Source: Nitrospirota bacterium
Lineage (GTDB): Bacteria; Nitrospirota; UBA9217
Length of the DNA stretch: 64,000 bases
NCBI GenBank assembly: GCA_963845065.1
Contig: CAWJQQ010000001.1
Span: 1,120,001-1,184,000 of the forward strand
Direction of reading: 5' to 3'
Below, one piece after another: positions 58,773 through 64,000 of this stretch; position 1 is the stretch's first letter; every line of letters begins with the position of its first letter. The position numbers were made by a program, and so were the translations under genes. A model generated the notes under the pieces. That model worked only from the letters and a program-made list of their open reading frames with translations. It was not told where the DNA came from and made no database searches.

Positions 58773-60041
58773 ATGGAGGGACAGGGCATGCCGCAGAGTG
58801 GTTTGGAACAGAGAAAGGGTACGCTGATTCTCCTGCTTACACTACTGATGGTCATTGCTGTTCTCATTGGCGGGACCATCGGTCACTTTTCTGAGCGCAG
58901 TGATCACCGAGCGTTTCTACTGTCGCTCAGTTTAGTACCGATTATTCCGCTCCTGGCGTACTTTTTTTATAAAACAACGATTTTCCCTTCCTATCGTCAA
59001 CTGGAGGATTCTAACCTTGAACTCCACATCAAGCAGGAAGAACTGCTGGACACCAAGGATGACTTATTTATTAAGTTGCTAGGCATCTACGACGTCAACT
59101 ATGCTGCTAACTCTCCCCGTCTTTTTTCAGATCGGCTTAGGGATGTCGCTGATATCACAGCACGAGTCATGGAGGCTGATGTATGCTTTATTTTTCTCTA
59201 TGATAAAAAAAAGGACGATTTGGCTCTTGCGGCGACAAACGGGGTGCAGGTTGGGGCGATCGGAAGGGTCCGTATTGCCCTCGGTGATGGCATAGAAGGA
59301 TGGGTCGGCAGGAAGCTTGATCCGCTCATGCTGAAGGACTTTCACGCAGACGCCCGCTTCCGGGAGACACCCGGGTTGGCACTCAGCGATTATATATCTT
59401 CTTACTGTTTACCGCTCTTTGTATACTCTAACGGCGCACTAGTCGGACTTATGGAAGTGTTCTATGGTAAAATCAAAAATTTTTCAGACGAAGAAATAAA
59501 TTTTTTTACAACACTCTCAGGTTTACTTTCGACGACCGTGCAAAACGAACAAATGCAGGTCGAGCTCCGGAAAATGAATATCGAACTCGAGCAATGGCTT
59601 TCTGAAAAAACCGAGGAATTTCGCGCATCGGAAGAACGGTACCGGACGCTCGTTGAGAATGCCAGCGAATCGATTTTTCTTCTCGCCGATAACGGGGACG
59701 TTGTATTTGCAAACGAGCAGGCCGCGCACTTGTCCGGATATGTTAAGTATGACCTCCTGCATAAAAATTTTTTTGAGCTTTTTATCGATCCTGCGGCACC
59801 CAGAGGGATTCTCGGGGACCTGCTCAAGGGGCGGCAGACAGTCAGACATGGCGAATTTCGCAAAGCCGATGGCGCCATGGTTCCTGTAGCAATCAGTGCT
59901 GTCGGATTATCGCTTATGGGAAAACGCTTTATTCAGTCTGTTGTACATGATATATCTTCAGAGGCCCGTCTCGAAAAGCTCTTGAAAGAAAAAGATCAGG
60001 AAATAGCTGATTTCAGGCGAAAACTCGATATTATAAAATAA
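58773..60041 (+). CDS. Membrane-anchored GAF-PAS sensor protein with no output domain
   Basis: Two TM helices, GAF (L.LAATNG, GDGI.GWV), coiled linker SEERYRTLVE, PAS; ends ~25 aa after the PAS domain. Confidence 0.8.
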   Translation: MEGQGMPQSGLEQRKGTLILLLTLLMVIAVLIGGTIGHFSERSDHRAFLLSLSLVPIIPLLAYFFYKTTIFPSYRQLEDSNLELHIKQEELLDTKDDLFIKLLGIYDVNYAANSPRLFSDRLRDVADITARVMEADVCFIFLYDKKKDDLALAATNGVQVGAIGRVRIALGDGIEGWVGRKLDPLMLKDFHADARFRETPGLALSDYISSYCLPLFVYSNGALVGLMEVFYGKIKNFSDEEINFFTTLSGLLSTTVQNEQMQVELRKMNIELEQWLSEKTEEFRASEERYRTLVENASESIFLLADNGDVVFANEQAAHLSGYVKYDLLHKNFFELFIDPAAPRGILGDLLKGRQTVRHGEFRKADGAMVPVAISAVGLSLMGKRFIQSVVHDISSEARLEKLLKEKDQEIADFRRKLDIIK

Positions 60042-60078
60042 TCAGCGGCATGTTTTTTCACCCTCCTCCATTTTAGTC

Positions 60079-60107
60079 TTTACAGGCATAGGGACGTGTG
60101 GTATAAA
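60079..60107 (+). promoter_or_regulatory. Putative sigma70 promoter of lptCAB
   Basis: TTTACA-17 bp-TATAAA with TG extension. Confidence 0.5.
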
Positions 60108-60150
60108 TTATGCATAGTGATGCTCAGTTAGTTTGCAATTCTTAATTTAT

Positions 60151-60717
60151 ATGAAAGTCATACAGGTATTAAAGATTACTGCGGTACTCTTTGTCCTCGC
60201 CGCTGTAATATATGGTGGATACCTTCTTTTTCGGGGCAGGGAGACTACAGTACCATCTCTCTTCCAGCCTGCTGCTGGAGAACGGTTGTTGCTAAGCATG
60301 GATGGCTATCAGTTCTCGCAGACGACCGGTGGGAAAACAACTTGGCGTATGGTTGCCAGAAATGCTGACCTTTATGAAAATAAAGAAGCGAAGCTAAAAG
60401 AGATAGAAATCACCTTTAATAGTCCTGATGACAGTAGACAGGCAAAACTCATCGGTGAGACGGGCACCATGGATACCGTTACAGGGAATGCGTCCGTTCA
60501 TCGGGGTGAGAAAGAAGTCAGTATCGTCACTAGTGACGGCTACCTCTTGAAGACAGACTCGCTTTTCTGGACGGCTGGTGAACAACTTGTCTGGACCCCA
60601 GAACCATTCAAGTTGCTTGGTAGTGAGATTTATCTCGAGGGTGTGGGCTTTTCTGCATATGCGGATATGCGGTCACTTGTGGTGAAGAGTCATGTCATGG
60701 CAGTGTTACAAGAATAA
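60151..60717 (+). CDS. lptC: LPS export periplasmic bridge protein LptC
   Basis: Single TM, beta-jellyroll pattern (W.M.A..A, LKTDSL.W, GVG), first gene of lptCAB. Confidence 0.85.
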   Translation: MKVIQVLKITAVLFVLAAVIYGGYLLFRGRETTVPSLFQPAAGERLLLSMDGYQFSQTTGGKTTWRMVARNADLYENKEAKLKEIEITFNSPDDSRQAKLIGETGTMDTVTGNASVHRGEKEVSIVTSDGYLLKTDSLFWTAGEQLVWTPEPFKLLGSEIYLEGVGFSAYADMRSLVVKSHVMAVLQE

Positions 60718-61204
60718 TTGGCTTATCATCCCCATAGCGGTCAGTCTTCTTATAAGTGCCGCTAATGCAGCACCGCAGACAGACACAAGCACCCGCGAAC
60801 CGATTGTGATCACCTCAGGACACATGAAGGCCGAAAAACTCGGCGATAAAGTCACTTTTACAGACAATGTGACGCTTAAGAAAGAGAATATGACGCTTAC
60901 GTCGGATGCGCTAACCGTTTTTTATGATACTGGATCGAAAAAGGTGAGGCAAATCGACGCGCACGGCAACGTTGTGGTGCATAAGGACAACCGGGTAGCG
61001 TATTCGAACAATGCCTCCTACTACAGCCATGATGAAAAAATAGTTCTTACCGGAGATGCACGTATTACAGAAAATGAAAACCAGCTCGTCGGAAAAAAAA
61101 TAACACTTTTTATGCGGGATGACCGCAGTCTGGTTGAGGGGGGGAAAGTTGTTCTGTATCAGGATAATCAGCATTCGTCGCGCGGCGGCTTGAAAAACAA
61201 GTGA
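60692..61204 (+). CDS. lptA: LPS transport periplasmic protein LptA
   Basis: Signal peptide, PIVITS..M, F.DNV, A.GNV, IVLTGDA, G.KI OstA-like pattern. Confidence 0.88.
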   Translation: MSWQCYKNNWLIIPIAVSLLISAANAAPQTDTSTREPIVITSGHMKAEKLGDKVTFTDNVTLKKENMTLTSDALTVFYDTGSKKVRQIDAHGNVVVHKDNRVAYSNNASYYSHDEKIVLTGDARITENENQLVGKKITLFMRDDRSLVEGGKVVLYQDNQHSSRGGLKNK

Positions 61205-61219
61205 TCTCGAAAGGGTTCC

Positions 61220-61942
61220 ATGCAGGCACTTGAAACAAAAAAACTTGAAAAAAGCTACCGCGGTAGAAAAATTGTGCGTGGTATCAGCTTGCAGGTGAAC
61301 CAAGGAGAGATTGTCGGTTTACTCGGTCCGAACGGGGCCGGGAAAACGACTACTTTTTACATGGTGGTCGGTCTAGTTAGGCCTGACCAAGGCAGGGTAC
61401 TTCTCAACGGGAAAGATATCACAAAGATGCCGATGTACCAACGGGCGCGGAATGGCATCGGTTATTTGCCCCAGGAACCATCAGTATTTCGCAGGCTGAC
61501 AGTAGCGGAGAACCTGATGGCCATCCTTGAGACGATGGATTTGGCAGGCGTCGAGCGAAAGGAACGGTGTGATCAACTACTGCAGGAACTGGGAATCGCT
61601 CATCTTGCGGACAGTAAGGCCTACACTCTATCGGGAGGGGAACGCCGGCGCGTGGAGATAGCCCGTGCACTCACCCTATCCCCGAAATTTATTCTACTTG
61701 ATGAACCTTTCGCTGGAATTGACCCATTGGCAGTGCAGGATATCCAGGGAATTATTTCTCTTTTAAAAGAGAAGATGATTGGGATCCTTATTACCGACCA
61801 CAATGTGAGGGAAACTCTTGCGATAACCGACCGCGCATACATCATAAGTGATGGGAAAATTATCGAAGCCGGGACGGCATCTGAAATTACCGCAAGCCAG
61901 CGTGTAAGACAGTTTTATTTAGGCGAAGCTTTTCGGTTATAA
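61220..61942 (+). CDS. lptB: LPS export ABC transporter ATPase
   Basis: [59 protein letters not shown]. Confidence 0.97.
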   Translation: MQALETKKLEKSYRGRKIVRGISLQVNQGEIVGLLGPNGAGKTTTFYMVVGLVRPDQGRVLLNGKDITKMPMYQRARNGIGYLPQEPSVFRRLTVAENLMAILETMDLAGVERKERCDQLLQELGIAHLADSKAYTLSGGERRRVEIARALTLSPKFILLDEPFAGIDPLAVQDIQGIISLLKEKMIGILITDHNVRETLAITDRAYIISDGKIIEAGTASEITASQRVRQFYLGEAFRL

Positions 61943-62101
61943 TAAAAGGAGAGAAGCGAGGTCATAATCCGGGGAACATAGAGCACAAGGAGAGTAATCT
62001 GAGAAGTTGCCGGGGATTTCTTTAATCTTAAAAAAGCTGACTGTTCCCGGCAATTTTTGTTTATCAGTGACTTTCATCCGGATTAAGTCTTTGTGGTGAT
62101 C

Positions 62102-63574
62102 ATGGAAGCACGACTAGAATTAAAACTTTCTCAAAAACTGATCATGACGCCTCAGCTACAGCAGGCCATCAAACTGCTGCAGCTGTCACGATTGGAACTG
62201 GTCCAGTCGATTTCGCAAGAACTCATTGAAAATCCGGTCTTAGAAGAGGTTTCTCCGGAGGCTTCGGACGAGGAAACCACGGAGAGTGAAAACGCTTCAC
62301 CCTCCGACCAGCAGGTGTCTTCGGAGCAAACGGCGGAGAGCGCAGCGGAGCCGGATCATGCTGCAGAGCTTAAAAGCGATCTCGAGGTCGGCCCTCAATG
62401 GGACGAGTATATGAACGAGCTCGGAGACGGCCGTGATTACGGCAGTTTCGAAGCTGATGATAAAGAACTCCCTTCCTATGATCAGACACTGACTCGCCTT
62501 CCTACTTTGAACGATCACTTATCATGGCAACTTCACCTGTCAACATCGGACCTCAACCTGGTAAAAGGGGGAGAGTGGATCATCGGCAACATCGACGACG
62601 ATGGTTATCTTCGTTCTTCACTAGATGAGATTGCCCAGCAATCGGGCATAGCTCACGCTGATATGGAGAGGGCGCTTGCTCTGATTCAAAATTTCGAACC
62701 TGCGGGTGTTGGCGCACGCGATCTGCGTGAATGTCTGCTCATTCAAGTCAAACAACTCGATATGCAGGGTACGTTGGTCGAAAAGATCATAGAAACATAT
62801 CTCCCGGACCTGGAGAAACGGAAATATCCTGTTATCGCAAAGGCCCTTGCCATTACGACGCAGGAGGTGATGGAGGCGGCAGAGATCATCGTCCATGAAC
62901 TGGAACCGAAACCGGGACGACCTTATATTGCTTCCGATACGAACTATGTAGTTCCGGACGTTTATGTCGTCAAGGTGGAGGAACGGTATGAAGTCCACCT
63001 GAATGATGAAGGACTTCCCCGAGTGCGCATCAACTCCTACTATCGCAAACTTCTGAGCAGAAAAGATAACATCGATAAGGTGACGAAGGATTACGTTGAA
63101 GAGCGGCTTCGTTCCGCCCAATGGCTCATCAAAGGCATGGAACAACGAAATAAAACGATCTACAAAGTGGCCGAGAGCATCGTCAAGTTCCAACTTGAAT
63201 TCCTCGACAAAGGCATAACGCAGCTGAGACCGATGGTTCTCAAAGACGTCGCTGAAGATATCGGTATGCATGAATCAACGATCAGCCGTGTGACAACAAA
63301 CAAGTATATGCATACTCCCCAAGGTATTTTCCCGATGAAATACTTCTTTACGACGGGTTTCTCCGCAGGCACCGGAACTGAGATTTCCTCACTGACCGTC
63401 AAGGATTCCATCCAGAAAATGATCAAGGAGGAAGACCCATCAGCACCATTGAAGGATCAGCAGATCGTTGACTCTTTAAAAGTGCAGGGCGTCGATATTG
63501 CACGGAGAACTGTGGCAAAATACCGCGAGGAGCTGAGAATACCTCCGACCAGCGTCAGAAAACGTATCGGATGA
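62102..63574 (+). CDS. rpoN: RNA polymerase sigma-54 factor
   Basis: MTPQLQQAIKLLQL, ENPVLE, P.GVGARDL.ECL, HESTISR, RpoN box ARRTVAKYRE. Confidence 0.97.
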   Translation: MEARLELKLSQKLIMTPQLQQAIKLLQLSRLELVQSISQELIENPVLEEVSPEASDEETTESENASPSDQQVSSEQTAESAAEPDHAAELKSDLEVGPQWDEYMNELGDGRDYGSFEADDKELPSYDQTLTRLPTLNDHLSWQLHLSTSDLNLVKGGEWIIGNIDDDGYLRSSLDEIAQQSGIAHADMERALALIQNFEPAGVGARDLRECLLIQVKQLDMQGTLVEKIIETYLPDLEKRKYPVIAKALAITTQEVMEAAEIIVHELEPKPGRPYIASDTNYVVPDVYVVKVEERYEVHLNDEGLPRVRINSYYRKLLSRKDNIDKVTKDYVEERLRSAQWLIKGMEQRNKTIYKVAESIVKFQLEFLDKGITQLRPMVLKDVAEDIGMHESTISRVTTNKYMHTPQGIFPMKYFFTTGFSAGTGTEISSLTVKDSIQKMIKEEDPSAPLKDQQIVDSLKVQGVDIARRTVAKYREELRIPPTSVRKRIG

Positions 63575-63628
63575 TGCCAGAGACCAAATGGAGTGTAACA
63601 CTATTCAACAGGAGATCAGGAGGTCAGT

Positions 63629-64000
63629 ATGCAGGTAAGCGTTATAGGCAGACACATCGAAGTGACAGATTCTCTCAAACAGTATGCGACAGAGAAATTC
63701 AGCAGGCTGGAGAAGTATCTGCCACAAAAAGTGCAAGCAGTTATTACTCTTTCAGTGGTGAAAAAAGTGCACCATACTGCGGAGGCTACAATAAAGTCAA
63801 ATGGTTTGCTGATCCAGGCGTCTGAGGAAACCGAGGAGATGTACTCTGCAATCGACCTGCTTATTGAGAAGATAGAAAGAAGGGTGCGGCGTTATAAGGA
63901 GAAATTAGTTGATCATAAACACCATACCTCAGGTAAGACGGAAGGACTGGGGGTAGCGCCCTCATCATCTCAAGTAGAAGACCGTATCCCCCAAATCATC
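63629..64000 (+). CDS. hpf: Ribosome hibernation promoting factor (long HPF; 3'-truncated by window edge)
   Basis: AGGAGG RBS; MQVSVIGRHIEVTDSLKQYATEK...EMYSAIDL..EKIERRVRRYKEK; follows rpoN; absent from the ORF track because no stop in window. Confidence 0.92.
   Translation, partial: MQVSVIGRHIEVTDSLKQYATEKFSRLEKYLPQKVQAVITLSVVKKVHHTAEATIKSNGLLIQASEETEEMYSAIDLLIEKIERRVRRYKEKLVDHKHHTSGKTEGLGVAPSSSQVEDRIPQII

Noticed and set aside
62007..62058. Terminator between lptB and rpoN
   Set aside because: 8-bp stem with a ~31-nt loop is atypical; not confidently a terminator
27..63825. Numerous short antisense or overlapping ORFs in the six-frame track
   Set aside because: Shadow ORFs of well-supported genes, with no motifs or RBS
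1..64000. CRISPR array, tRNA or rRNA genes
   Set aside because: No regularly spaced repeats or recognisable tRNA/rRNA signatures seen by eye; a formal scan was not possible

Overview
Mostly core-genome bacterial window. Gene content (coaBC, N-terminally extended recG, pilD + sigma54 two-component pair, ligA-nfo, glnD, polA, lptCAB-rpoN-hpf, c7-type triheme cytochrome) suggests a diderm Nitrospirota/Desulfobacterota-like organism (inference). It includes an amrS-archease-rtcB block. An accessory stretch (~30.7-44.9 kb) encodes a CHASE2 adenylate cyclase, SH3-like protein, M48 peptidase, FadL-like barrel, CFI-box-CTERM M6 protease, a large Ser/Thr-rich lipoprotein and a thioredoxin-like protein. 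The window is rich in IS200/IS605/IS607 material: an apparently intact tnpB-only element with readable ends (44930-46616), an IS607 inserted precisely into an IS200 tnpA (36234-38637, tnpB broken by one TAG), three tnpB remnants and three ~48-bp single-hairpin mini-elements. There is also a 176-bp MITE with an 8-bp target duplication and a cbiM/cbiO deletion scar. No tRNA, rRNA or CRISPR array was recognised. All family calls come from motif recognition by eye, not database searches.
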